DNA of 64,000 nucleotides, taken from positions 15,190,001-15,254,000 of the forward strand of contig CM059449.1 in assembly GCA_030390025.1 (NCBI GenBank), written 5' to 3'. How positions within the stretch are numbered: position 1 is the first letter of the stretch; each line of letters opens with the position of its first letter. The DNA comes from Squalus acanthias (Eukaryota). The notes under the pieces were generated by a model that was not told where the DNA came from, did not search any database, and saw nothing but the letters and a program-made list of their open reading frames with translations. The position numbers and the translations under genes are program-made. This document shows, piece after piece, positions 50,584 to 62,860 of the stretch.

Positions 50584-52541
50584 AACGTTGACTCTGATTC
50601 TTTCTCCACGGATGCTGCCTGGCCTGCTGAGCGTTTCCAGTATTTTTCTGTTTTTATTCCCTCAAGTTAAAGATCATTAATACCATATCGAAAATCTAGG
50701 AACAAATATTTGCTTAAAAACCAGCCCATCCACGGCGTGCGTTAAAGCAAAGAAGAGCACTGTATATTATCAATGGTCTGTTTTACCCACTTTCAGCAGT
50801 TACTGCTGGAAACATCACCGTAATTCAGAGCCCTCAATCTCTCACCAGAACCGCGGGACAGACAGCGGAGCTGCTCTGTAGATATTAAGGTCCCACAGGA
50901 ATCGGCAGCTACACGTGGCACCGAGGCACCAAACAGGGAAATGAAGATTCCAATAATACAGCGGAATACAGAGGCAGGGTGTTCAGGGCAAGTGGAGAGG
51001 ATTTCAGACAGAGTAGACACGCGTCCATTAGAATAACCCAGCTGAAACCGGAAGATACCGGGTTCTATTTCTGCAAAGTGCAGCTCGTGGGATTCGCTGC
51101 AGCAGACGGACCCGGGACAACAGTGAGCGTGGAACGTGGTGAATCCAGTAAGTTTGGATTGGTGGAGTTATGCTTACCATGAAATTGCAACGCAATCATA
51201 TGGGATTTTTCTAGGGTAATATTCGCCGTATAGGTAAATCTCCATTAGATCAATTGGAACTCCCAAACCCCGCGAACTCCACCACCTAGATGTTCAAGAG
51301 GCAGTAGGCGCCTGGGGAAACACCACCACCTCAAGTCCCCCGCCAAGTCACACACATCCTGACTTGGACTTGTATCGCTGTTTCTTTCCAAAATCCGGGA
51401 ACTCCCTCCCTAACAGCACTGCGGGAAAACCTTCACCACACTGATGCAGCGGTTCAAGAAGAAGGCGCCCACCAGCACCTTCTCACGGGTCAACCATAGA
51501 CGGGCAATAACATGCCCGCCTCGCCAGCGTCGCCCGTATCCCGTGAATCATCTCTTAAAATAATGAATGGAGAAAATATTAATTACATTCAGTTTCTGTA
51601 TGCAATTTTAGTTAGCACTATAGATAAGTAGTCAACGCAGTTACAGTGTGCGAGGCGATGACTGTGAGCCCAGTAATGAGAGCAACACATAAGGCGTTTT
51701 GAAATCCACCGCGTGCCAATATTGGGAATAAACCGGTCAACACGTCTATGATAAGTTAGATTTCACTGTCATCCTGTAATGGATATACTGACGGATATAT
51801 TTGTGGTGTGAAATCGAATTACAACATTGCGCACCAACCAAATGAAAGATGGGCACGCGGAAGAACACGTTGATCACCCAGTGTAGGGCCGTCCTAATTT
51901 CCGGATGTTCGTTTTTGTCATAAGCATCCCATAAATACGAGGGGAAGATTTTCCCGTTCGTGCTTCTGGAACTATTGGACTCCAGCGACTAATGAATTCA
52001 GGAAACTGGGCGGGAGGAGCGAACCTCTCGAGATATTAAGGGGAACAGAGATGGTAGATAGAGAGAATTATTTCCGCTGGTTGGGGAGTTTAGGACGAGG
52101 GGGCATGTGTTATGAAATTAGGAGCCAGAACTTTCAGAGTGAAATTAGGAAACACTTCTACACACACAAAGGGTGGTTGAAGTTTGGAGCTCTTTTCTCA
52201 AACGACAACTGATGCTGGGTCAATTGTTCATTTGAAATCGGTGACTGGTAGATTTTTGTTAACCAAAGGTATTAAGGGATATGGGGCAAGAAGCCGGTAT
52301 ATGGAGTTAGGTCGCAGATCAGCCATGATCTCTTTAATGGTGGAACAGCCTGGAGGGGCTGAATGGCCTCCTCCGGTTCCTATTTTCCTATGTTAACAGA
52401 ACTCACACAATCCCCACCCCCACCACCCCGCTATTTCAAAGAAAGGAAACTGGCACCAACCCATTAAGCGTCCCTACATTAAAATTCTCCCAGTATTACT
52501 TCCAGGGTGGGAATATCTCCAGTTGCCCATTGATGACATTT

Positions 52542-53041
52542 NNNNNNNNNNNNNNNNNNNNNNNNNNNNNNNNNNNNNNNNNNNNNNNNNNNNNNNNNNN
52601 NNNNNNNNNNNNNNNNNNNNNNNNNNNNNNNNNNNNNNNNNNNNNNNNNNNNNNNNNNNNNNNNNNNNNNNNNNNNNNNNNNNNNNNNNNNNNNNNNNNN
52701 NNNNNNNNNNNNNNNNNNNNNNNNNNNNNNNNNNNNNNNNNNNNNNNNNNNNNNNNNNNNNNNNNNNNNNNNNNNNNNNNNNNNNNNNNNNNNNNNNNNN
52801 NNNNNNNNNNNNNNNNNNNNNNNNNNNNNNNNNNNNNNNNNNNNNNNNNNNNNNNNNNNNNNNNNNNNNNNNNNNNNNNNNNNNNNNNNNNNNNNNNNNN
52901 NNNNNNNNNNNNNNNNNNNNNNNNNNNNNNNNNNNNNNNNNNNNNNNNNNNNNNNNNNNNNNNNNNNNNNNNNNNNNNNNNNNNNNNNNNNNNNNNNNNN
53001 NNNNNNNNNNNNNNNNNNNNNNNNNNNNNNNNNNNNNNNNN
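52542..53041. other. Assembly gap (500 N)
   Basis: Run of N. Confidence 1.
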
Positions 53042-54452
53042 TGTCTAGAACCGTAAGGGCGAGTGGGTCGAACCACTCACAGGTGTGTCTAGTGCTCCCA
53101 GACTGGCTGGAGACCAGAACAGGCAACAAGGCCTAAACCCGCACTAGCACCCGGGCTGCACAGAGCCACACGAATCTCACAGGCTGAGAGACAAAAACCC
53201 TTACACTACGGGGAATTTACTAGTAACACGTATTTTAAGCTGTATCTATTGGGGTAGCTGAGGAAACAACCTGGCAGTGAAAATACATCAGTAAAGAAAG
53301 ATTTGAGTAACTTTTATTGGTTCATTTTGTTGCAATTTCTGGGTCCTGATTGGTAGGATTGAGAAAAAACAGAACAACCTCATTGGTTGGTTCTAGGTGG
53401 ATTGGTAGTTCCTGATTGGGCGAATCTCCTACCTGTCTCTACCTGTGCAAATCAACATGGTTAACTTAACAGGGAGTAATTATTTCAGCCAATCAGGTAG
53501 GAGTATGATGGACATTTTGAGATTTGACCCTTTCGACTGTGACACATGTAACACTTTGAGATATGACCGACTCACTAGATTAACATTGTATTATAAAGCA
53601 GTGGAACTCCTGTGGCATTTACTCATGGGTGTAATCGTGTCTACAGCATGGTTGTTCATTAGTAAGAAGAGAAATGATTTTAACAGCATGGGTTCAACAA
53701 GAGTAAGTTCAGTAATGGACGAGTTAATTTCTGGCCAGAACTTCAAATCAGCTTAAAATAAACAAAGCCTCTCAAATTCTCTATTAACTTCATATCTCGG
53801 ATCACACATTCATGAGGAAGGAAATGGAATCAGCTGGTTCCTGTAGCGGGCGGCCGATCCCTAATGTTAGTTTTATGCCAGACAGCAAGCTGAAAATCTT
53901 TCCCAGAAACTGCTGAACGTGAATAAAAAGAAGCCCCATAAAAGTCTGAGAGCTGTACACTAGGAGCAGGAATAGGTCATTCAGCCCATCGAGCCTGTTT
54001 TGCCATTCAGTTAGATCATGGCTGACCTGTATCTTAACTCCATCTAGCTGCCTTGGTTCTGTAACCCTTAATATCCTTGCTAACAAAAATCCTTCAGTCT
54101 CAGTTTTTAATTTTTCATTTGACCCCCAGCCTTACAGCTTTTTGGGGGAGAGAGTTCCAGATTTCCACTACCCTTTGTGTGAAGAAGTGCTTCCTGACAT
54201 CACCCCTGAACGGCCTGGCTTTCATTTTAAGGTTCTGCCCCCTTGTGGACTCTCCCACCAGAGGAAATAGTTTCTCTCTATCTCCCCTCTCAACTCCTTT
54301 AATCATCTTAAACACCTCAGTTAGATCACTCCTTAATCTTCTATATTCGAGGGAATGAATGCTCTGAGAATTTTCATTGATTAAACTAGATGGTATTTAA
54401 TTTTCAGCTGTTTATGGCACAAAAGTGTACAAATTAACTGATCTTTGTTCAG

Positions 54453-54548
54453 GAGGAACTGCGAACCTTACTGAAGCCGGTCCAGGACAAGAAGAAGGAA
54501 TGTGACGCTGTAAAAAGTGATTATGTGGAAACATTAACCCACATTCAG
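54453..54548 (+). CDS. TRIM (RBCC) gene coiled-coil exon, 96 nt (EELRTLLKPVQDKKKECDAVKSDYVETLTHIQ)
   Basis: ctttgttcAG acceptor, CAG|GTACAT donor; a 96-nt phase 0-0 exon is typical of TRIM exon 2. Confidence 0.8.
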
Positions 54549-54894
54549 GTACATTTGACGTCACATTGTTGTATATTTTCCAATCACGATGTGTTTTTCG
54601 TTGAACCGTTGAATGTCCATTACCAAAGTAAAATCTCAATTTAACAAATCATTGAATTAGCACAGACACTTCCCTTGTGCTGGTGAAACCGGAGTTAAAG
54701 AAAATACAGCAGCTCGATCCTCAGTTAGAGCTCCCTCTTCTGAATAAATTATCATCTGGTCCCCATTAACTGGATTTCACTGCAGCAGAGAATGTTTTTC
54801 TCTAAAAGATTCTTGTATGAAGAGAACTGCACAGGCTGCACAACCTTTTTAAAATGCTCATTTGTTTTCTCAATCTCACTATTCTTTTCCAAAG

Positions 54895-55128
54895 GACCAA
54901 GGCGTAAAGACAGAGAAACAGATTAAAGCAGAATTTGAAAAACTTCACCAGTTTCTCCGTGAGGAGGAGAGGATTGAGTTGGAAGATCTGAAACTGGAGA
55001 AAGAGAAAAACAGTCAGGAGATGAAGGGGAGGATTGAGAAGATAACGGAGGAAATCTCATCGCTTTCAGTCACTGTTCAGGATATTGAACAAGAGCTGAG
55101 TGAACAGGACAGCATCAAGTTTTTAACG
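54895..55128 (+). CDS. TRIM gene coiled-coil exon, 234 nt (TRIM35/A33/NF7-like)
   Basis: KQIKAEFEKLHQFLREEE..ISSLS..IEQEL..DSIKFL; phase 0-0. RING/B-box exon not seen, presumably in or before the gap. Confidence 0.87.
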
Positions 55129-55359
55129 GTAGCTGTTTATTTATTTGTTTTTTGTTTCCTTCGTCCCTCTTTGACATAATCTTCAAGATCGTGCAGGGCG
55201 TGCCATCAAAACCTAGAATATTACATTGAATTACATAGTATTTACAGCACAGAAACAGGCCTTTCGGCCCAACAGGTCCATGCTGGTGTTTGTGCTCCAC
55301 ACGAGCCTCCTCCCACCCTTCGTAGCCTAAGCCCACCAACATATTCTATTCCTTTCTCC

Positions 55360-56598
55360 TGAAGGGATAATTACTAGTCCTAGCCCCTTTAGGGCTACCC
55401 CGGATCAGGCGTATTCCCCAGACGTTCACTTTCAACTAAAGTTAAAGGTAGCCGAATCCTAAAGACGCTTAATTGGGTCTAAAGGTCCAGACTATCTATC
55501 CCTAAAGGAAAGGAACAACCTGAAGATGTTACCGTCCTCCAGATAGCACTTTTAATAAGTTTAGCTAGACTGTAATGTTCCGGATATTATGAGGGCCCGG
55601 AAAACTCCCGCAGATTTCTGCAACTCCTCACCAAAGCGCGTACAGAGATTGAGTTCGCGAGTTTGATACAGAAGTACTATGTGAGACAATTCTGAAAATA
55701 TATAGATTTATTAAAGAACCGACATGTAATTACAGTTGGTGATTCAATCGCAACATTAACAGTTCCAAAAACAGAAATCTTACAATTCTATTATCAGAGA
55801 TCCTTATTCTCAAATCTTAACTTCGTTACATTTTTACATTTCTTAGTCTTATTCCAGGATATCCACCAAAATCAAATACAAGTACCTTGATCCCCGAGAC
55901 TCAAAGAGTTGTAGACTTAGAGAACTTGCCTCTGAAGCCGAGAATCGCTTTGCCCCTTCAAGCAAATCTGTCTTCCCATTTGAAAGTTCAATTTTTATGC
56001 TCTTTCTCAGTGGTATATCCTTTGAAGTTTTCTGCTGATGTAAGCTAATTATCTCTGGTAATTTTTCTGTTGACCCCTGCTATTCTTACAGTTAGTTCAG
56101 CTTGTAGCATTAAGAATTATGTCTCCTGTGTAGGTGTCTCAAGCTTTAGACAAAAACAATGTGATGGCTGGTGCATCTATTTGATGTCAATCTTACGAAG
56201 GTCTTCTGTTTGTATCTTTTGCATTTAGAACACCTCAATCGGGAGCACCATTGTCTTCTTAGTTACCTCAACTGGTTGTGACACAGACTCATGTCTCCGT
56301 GTTTCATTTGATGTCATTTTTATGGAGGCATATGTTTCTTTAATCTTCTGTGATTCATTTGAAAGTGTTTTCTTTCCAAGGCTTCAGACTTCCAGGAACC
56401 TCTAACCTTCTGTTTCATTAAGGCTATTGATTCAGTGTCAACAACTTATCTTATCTCAACAGCCTGGATGCCGTTCAAAGCTTTAGATTGTTGAGGTTTC
56501 CAGATTTTCAAGCCCAGTTTGTCATGTTTTAATAAAGTCAAAATTCTTTCATAGGATGGTGTAATTTTCTGAATAGGTATATTGCTTATTCCTTCACA
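55360..56598. mobile_element. Solo LTR (~1240 bp) inserted in a CR1 fragment
   Basis: TGAAGG...CCTTCACA ends; exact 4-bp TSD ctcc; CR1 sequence resumes on both sides. Confidence 0.8.
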
Positions 56599-56602
56599 CT
56601 CC

Positions 56603-57795
56603 CTCGTGTCTATCTAGCTTCCGCTTAAATGCATTTATACTATTCACCTCAACCACTCCATGTGGTAGCGCGTTCCACGTTCTCACCACTCTCTGGGTAA
56701 AGAAGTTTTATTACGTTAAAGACACTATATAAATGTAAGTTTTGTTGAATTCACTATTGGATTTATTAGTGACTTTCTTGTATTTATGGCCCCTAGTTCT
56801 GGTCTCCCCTGCAAGTGGAAACATCTTCTCTACGTCTATCAAACCCTTTCATAATCTTAAAGACCTCCATCAGGTCACCCCTCAGTCTTCTCTTTTCTAG
56901 AGAAAAGAGCCCCAGCCTGTTCACTCTTTCCTGATTGGTACAACCTCTCAGTTCTGGTATCATTCTAGTAAATCTTTTATGCACCTTCTCCAGTGCCTCT
57001 ATCTTTTTTATATAATATGGAGACCAGAACTGTTCCCAGTTCTCCAAGTGTGGTCCAACCAAGGTTCGATACAAGTTTAAGATAACTTCTCTGCTTCACA
57101 ATTCTCTAGAAATGAACCCCAGTGCTTTGTTTGTTTTTATGGCCTTATTAACCTGTGTCACTACTTCTAGTGATTTGTGTATCTGGTATCCCCAGATCCC
57201 TCTGTTCCTCTACCCCATTTAGACTTATTCTCCAAGGAGTATGTGGCCTCCTTTTCTTCCTGCCAAAATGTACCACCTCACACTTGCCGATATTGAAGTT
57301 CATTTGCCAATTACACGCCCATTCTGCAAGTTTATTAAAGTCTTTCTGTATTTTATCGCAGTCCTCCTCGGTATTAATTATATCACCCAACATAACAAAA
57401 ACAGATTATCTGGTCATTATCACATTGCTGTCTGTGGGAGCTTGCTGTGCACAAATTGGCTGCCGCGTTTCCCACGTTACAACAGTGACTCCACTTCAAA
57501 TAGTTCGTCATTGGCTGTAAAGCACTTTGAGATGCCCGGTGATCGTGAAAGGCGCTATATAAATGCAAGTCTTTCTTTTTTTTTAGGTGTCATCTGCAAA
57601 TTTTGAAATTGTACTTCCAATTCCCGAGTTTAATTCGTTTCTGTAAATGGTGAACAACAGTGGTCCCAGCACCGATCCTTGTGGAACACAACTTTACACC
57701 TTTTGTCAATCTGAGTAACTATTTTTAACCCCTACTCTCTTTTTTCTGTTCTGTAGCCAGCTTGCTATCCATTCTGCTACTTGTCCCCTGACTCC
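56603..57795 (-). mobile_element. CR1 LINE fragment interrupted by a SINE piece (57385-57585); 3' end at ~55225-55359
   Basis: RRLRGDLMEVFKIMKGFDR; WQMNFNIGKCEVVHFG. Confidence 0.82.
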
Positions 57796-59461
57796 ACACG
57801 GTTTAAATTAATTCTATCTATGAGAGGTTCTGTCTTTGTTCTGTATTAGAATAACGTGAAACAATATCTATATTCCTACATTCCCCACTTCGAGGCTCAA
57901 AAGAACCTCCTTTTTGTGGCCTCGCAAACTTATTTTCCGGTCAGAGCTCATATTTATATCATATTCTCTCTGATCTTAACTTGATTCAGGGTTTTAAAAA
58001 ATCACAATCAAGCAGACCATTACTGCGGGGGCAATGGGCTCGAATAGCTGTGCTACTAGCAGGAGCACAGAGGCTGTTCTTGCCCAGGGATGCTCTATAC
58101 CACCGCCCACCATTCATGGTTACCCAGGGTGCCAATAGACTGTTCAATATCATTCTGCTGCTGCATAACGACGATACTGTCCCTGAGAAGTGCTGGTGCG
58201 TTGCAATATAGATTTAAGACTCAGGAAAGGGGCGCAATTGGATGGCCAAAATTTACAACTGCCCGTCAGGGTTCTGTCTGAAGGGTAATATTTACTTGAA
58301 TTTCTGTTACTTTGTGGGCCCTAAAAGGCACCAATCTTTTATCCCCAATTTTAGTCATTTTGTTTGGTGTAAGGCAAAATGTGGTTGACCAGACCACACA
58401 TATGGTGTGTAACACAGTAGCTTCCTCTGTCCGAACATTAGTTCTCTTTGAGTTCCATCGATCAACCTGTATAGTGCAGTTAGGGGATTCTTCATCCAGG
58501 GTGAAGCCACATGGTGACGCTGAGCTCCGCAGCACGTCGCAGCCGCATAGTGAGGAACCACTGTCCCTGGAACAGCAAGAGGTGTCTGGGGCTTTCCACA
58601 CTCCCTCATTCCATCTCACCAATACCCTTGGGCAGTTTACAAACTCCTTGGTGTATTTCATCTTCCAACAAGTCTATCAAGTCCACGTCAAATATTTCCA
58701 TCGGTCTCACATCAGCAGATACAACAGGATTGCCATTATCACGGGAATCAGTCCGAAATAATCTCACTCTGCTTGCAGGCTTCCTGGCATAATACACCAA
58801 TCTGAATCTTTGCACATTATGCCAATCCATATTCCCATCTGATTTCCACATTCGCATTTCTTTGCCGAATATAAAATTTGGTATCAAATTGTTTGCTAAT
58901 ACATTTAATCCCTTTTTGGATCGGATTAAGTAAAAAAAAAACTCGATACATACTACACATATTGCCTTTGAGATAAATTCTTTTTTATAGTCTTCGTTGT
59001 TCTGGTATAACATTCCAGCTGCCTATTTATTCCTTTAAACAATCCCTTTAATTGCTTGCGCATTGTTTTATCATTTACCCACATTCTCTTTGTCAAATCA
59101 CCTGATTTTCTTCCCAAATTGACCTTATTAAGATTGTGGACCATTTCTCTGAGCACTGCCTGATTAGATTCTACATACATACGATTACATAAATCGCAAG
59201 TCAAAGATACTAAAGAAAACATTAACAGTAGGAAAATGTGCAAATCGCAAATCGCTATCAGTCCATTATTTGGCCCTTTTCCTTGTCTCAGACATTTTTC
59301 TCATTCACCCTGGTCCAATTTAGCTTCGTTACATGTGGGATCTTGCCTTTTTGCCTTTAACATGAGTCCGCAGTTCAAACAATTGGCACAATTGATCAAG
59401 GTTAATTTATCTGTCTCTTGGCATCGCCAAAACATATAGAAAATTTAAACATACTTGGCCA

Positions 59462-59790
59462 GGGTAGCATATTGGTTATGTTACTGGACTAGTAATCCTG
59501 AGGCCTGGACTAATAATCCAAAGACGTGAGTTCAAATCCTACCACGGCAGTTGGGGAATTTAAATTTAGGTAATTAATTAAATCTGGAATAAAAAAGCAA
59601 TATCAGTAATGGGGACCAGGAAACGACCCAATTGTGGTAAAAACCCATTTGGTTCACTAATGTCCTTTAGGGAAGGAAACCTGCCGTCCTTACCCGGTCT
59701 GGCCATATGTGACTCCAGACCCACAGCAATGTGGTTGACTCTTAACTGCCCTCTGAAATGGCCTAGCAAGACACTCAGTTGTAACAAACC
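59462..59790 (+). mobile_element. tRNA-like SINE (second family; homolog on minus at ~31105-31420)
   Basis: ggttatgttactggactagtaatcc..gagttcaaatcc head; body matches 31110-31410 reverse complement. Confidence 0.65.
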
Positions 59791-60069
59791 GCTACAGAAA
59801 ACAATAGTAAGAATAAAATTGGACACACCACCCGGGATCGACCCGACATCATCCTGACTTGGAAATATATCGCCGTTCCTTCATTGTCGTTTGGTCAATA
59901 TCCGGGAACTCCCTCCCTAACTGCACTGTGGGAGAACCTTCACCACATGGACTGCAGCGGTTCAAGTAGATAGCGCACCACCACCTTCTAAAGAGCAATT
60001 AGGGATGGGCAATAAATGCTGCCATTGTCAGCAAAACCCACATCCCATGAATGATATAAAAAAAAGCGT

Positions 60070-60470
60070 CCTGGTGTTCCGGGAGAAGCTCTTTCATGAC
60101 CTGTCATGGCTTCAAAAGTCAAAAGGTGTTCCTTCAGTACTTTAGACACAGTTCCTTTAATTACTATCACCAATCAGGTGTACTTTTAAGATCCAAGTCT
60201 CACTGGCTTCTTTCTCCAACATAGTTTTAACCATTGTGTTTGTTCTTTCCACCAAGCCTGACACATGCGGGTGGTCTGGGATGTGGAATTTCTGCTCGAT
60301 CCCTAACATAGTGCACATTGTTTAATGACCTGGCCCACAAATCATGCACCATTATCATGATCGATCATCTGGAATTCCCCAACTCAAAGAACTTGCTCCA
60401 CAAGAACTTTCTCAGTAGTGAGTGGCGGGTATCGCTTCGAGCTGATGCTTTCAATAAACAAATCCAGCAT
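60070..60470 (-). mobile_element. Decayed retroviral/LTR-retrotransposon integrase (rve core)
   Basis: Manual translation across stops and frameshifts: EKVLVEQV..IDHDNGA*FVGQVIK..MLGIEQKFHIPDHPHVSGLVERTNTMVKTML, matching the D,D(35)E region. Confidence 0.75.
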
Positions 60471-61329
60471 GTCTTTACATTCAGGATTGCAATCTGGCAA
60501 ATAGCAGTAAGGGGTTAATTACTTCTGCACTGTGAAAAGCCCTTGGGGGTGGGGGAGGAGTCAGCCAGCACAACAGCAGTTTCAGACCTGCTGGTAAGAC
60601 AATAACAAAATGTGCTTGGCAAAAATTCAAACTGTAACTTTGTATTTCTCCAAAGGTGCTTTTTACCTTTCTTTAAAAAACCTTTGTGTATTTTAGCAGT
60701 GGTATTTAAACTTCATCAAAATAAATCCAAACCACATGTCCAATTTAAAATGTACAAACCCTAACACTTTCATAAAGCACAAAAGTTTTCCTTAATTCTC
60801 CTACCTTCTGGGGGAATAATCTTAAATTGAAATGAACATATTGTTAACAAGCACATTCACGCTCTCACAACAACGCCAGGTACCTTAATCACACTCCATC
60901 ATTCAAGCCTTATTAGCTCTCATTCACCTTAAATTATTGATTCCTTGATTAACTCAAAAGTGAAAAAGTTTGTGTGATAATCCCGAATTGCGAGCGAGAG
61001 GTTGTTCACATAATTTACAGAACCAGTTTTCTAAAGTGGCCACCAATAGAAAAGCAGTATTCATAATTTAATAATTTGGTCAAACTCTCTGTCTGTAAAC
61101 TCAGGTTTCAGACTCCAACATAGAAGGACTCAGCAGAGGGCCCGATATCGCCAGTGGCTATCGCTGCTTAAAGGCAGCCTGCAACTCAACAACAACAACA
61201 ACTTGTATTTATATAGCACCTTTAATGGAGTAAAACATCCCAAGGTGCTTCACAAACATGAGTGTTATCAAACAAAATTTGACAGCTTGGTCAAAGAGGT
61301 AGGTTTTAAGGAGCGTCTGAAAGGGGAGT

Positions 61330-62500
61330 TGCTTTGTGACTGCTGGAATTGGTGTCAGGAAGTAAATTGGCACAGAGCTTTCCAAAGAGCTTGGAGCCAC
61401 CCTGTCAAACATGGAATGGGTGTCACTTCCATCAGCACACAGGTGGAACCCACCGTGATGCAGCGTCTGATGGCCGATGTCACAGCTTCCATCAAAGGTC
61501 TGAGTGCTGCAGTGGAATCTGAGACTGCTGCAATTGTGGCTCTGGATCCCACTGTTCAATGGGGCTTCCACGGTGTCACAGCGGTCCATCAAACTGTTTT
61601 CCAACAGATCAGCAGGATTGCTGAGGCGCCGCCCCGGGAGAGTGGCAGTGGCTCCATGGAACAGGAACCTGCAGTGCTCTCTCAGGATGACAGCATTCCT
61701 GCTCCCACGCCTGCCACTCCTTGCTGTTGCCTGTCAGTCAGCTGGCCCAGACAGATGTAGCCCATACTGAGATGGTGCAGTCTGAAGCCAGGCCCTCTAG
61801 GCCCAGAGCTGCTCGAGGTCATCCTCCAAGGCCATCTGTCATCTCCTCAATTGAAGGTCAGAAGCCTTCCACCACCCATGCTGCAACCACTGAGGAAGCA
61901 CCTCGTAGGAGCACTAGGATAGGCAAAGGCACACTGAAGACAGGCACTAAGGGACTGCACAAGAGGGATTAGTTTCATTTTGTATGCATTATTTAACGGG
62001 TGAATTTATAAAATTGGATTTGAATGTGCATTTTCTGGTGGATTTTACTTTTGTGTTGTCAGAAAATCGACGATGTGATGGTCAGTGATAGAGGAAAGGT
62101 AACGAGTGTGGGACTGTTGGTGAATGGAGAGGTGTCGCTGAGGTTACTGGTATCGCTCATGAATAATCTGATCACGTAGAAAGGAGCTGTGTACGTTGTA
62201 GCCTTCCTTCCTTTTTCCACTTCCTCCTCCTCCTCCACTTCATCCCCCTTCTAGCAGCTTGTCCTGCTCTGCGTGGCTTCTCTTCATTCTCAGTCGTGTT
62301 CAATTCCTAGAGGAAGCCCTACCAGGCCACCCATGTCTGGAAGCAACTTCTTTCACCACAATATTTTATATGATAGAAGAAGTACTGCAGGACCAGCCAC
62401 ACCACTCCCTGTAGAGTATTCAAACATTAGCCAAGTACAGGAAACCTCCAAAAACACAAACAATTGCACCAGCAACCAGAAGAAATAATCCAGCAACTAA
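61330..62500. mobile_element. PIF/Harbinger-like DNA transposon remnant (two convergent ORF ends)
   Basis: Plus-strand low-complexity ORF ending ~61972 converges with a minus-strand acidic C-terminus ..EEEEEV..LRDQIIHERYQ* resembling HARBI1-type transposase ends. Confidence 0.5.
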
Positions 62501-62519
62501 CTTGTAATATTTGTAAATA

Positions 62520-62860
62520 GGGATCTCGGGTTCATGTCACACTGCAGAACGTTACTCGACATCGTTGTCTGTTTTTCCAGTTTTTAAAAAAAAAGTTGAA
62601 AGCTTAACTGCAGACGGCAGCATTTGACACGTTGGACCCCCTGTGACCCACCTCATTGTCTCAGCTGTACTCTGATGTGTCTTTGATGTAATGCCTCCCT
62701 GACGGATTGTATCTCTGCAGACACATTGCTCTCTGTGTATATATACTGTGTAATCGATTCCCTCACTGTACCTGTACCTGAAGAAGGAGCGGAGCTCCGA
62801 AACCTCGTAATTTTAAATAAAACTGTTGGACTATAACCTGGTGTTGTGCGACTTCTCATT
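62520..62860 (-). mobile_element. Single-arm Penelope pLTR fragment
   Basis: gggatctcgggttcatgtcac.. and ..ctataacctggtgttgtgcgacttctca; flanking tttgtaaata duplication. Confidence 0.75.

Larger units (their letters stand above)
46398..51147 (+). pseudogene. Copy D NKp30-like gene, inverted: leader 46398-46464, V exon 50797-51147 with TAA at 50886-50888; TM exon expected inside the gap
   Basis: Leader MISPPTGRMNWAAVTWAFVMFS with G|GTAAGC; 351-nt V exon in frame except E>stop after LLCRY; intron homology continues to the gap at 52541. Confidence 0.75.

Noticed and set aside
1940-51147. Rearranging Ig/TCR V segments
   Set aside because: Each exon already contains the J-like G-strand (GxGT) and ends in a splice donor. 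I saw no heptamer/nonamer RSS at the exon ends and no C1 domains.
52474-53129. Long ORFs of X residues
   Set aside because: Artefacts of the 500-N gap.
53159-53199. Perfect RSS nonamer ACAAAAACC at 53191
   Set aside because: No CAC heptamer at 12 or 23 bp spacing (nearest cacagag is 25 bp away), and it lies within an LTR end.
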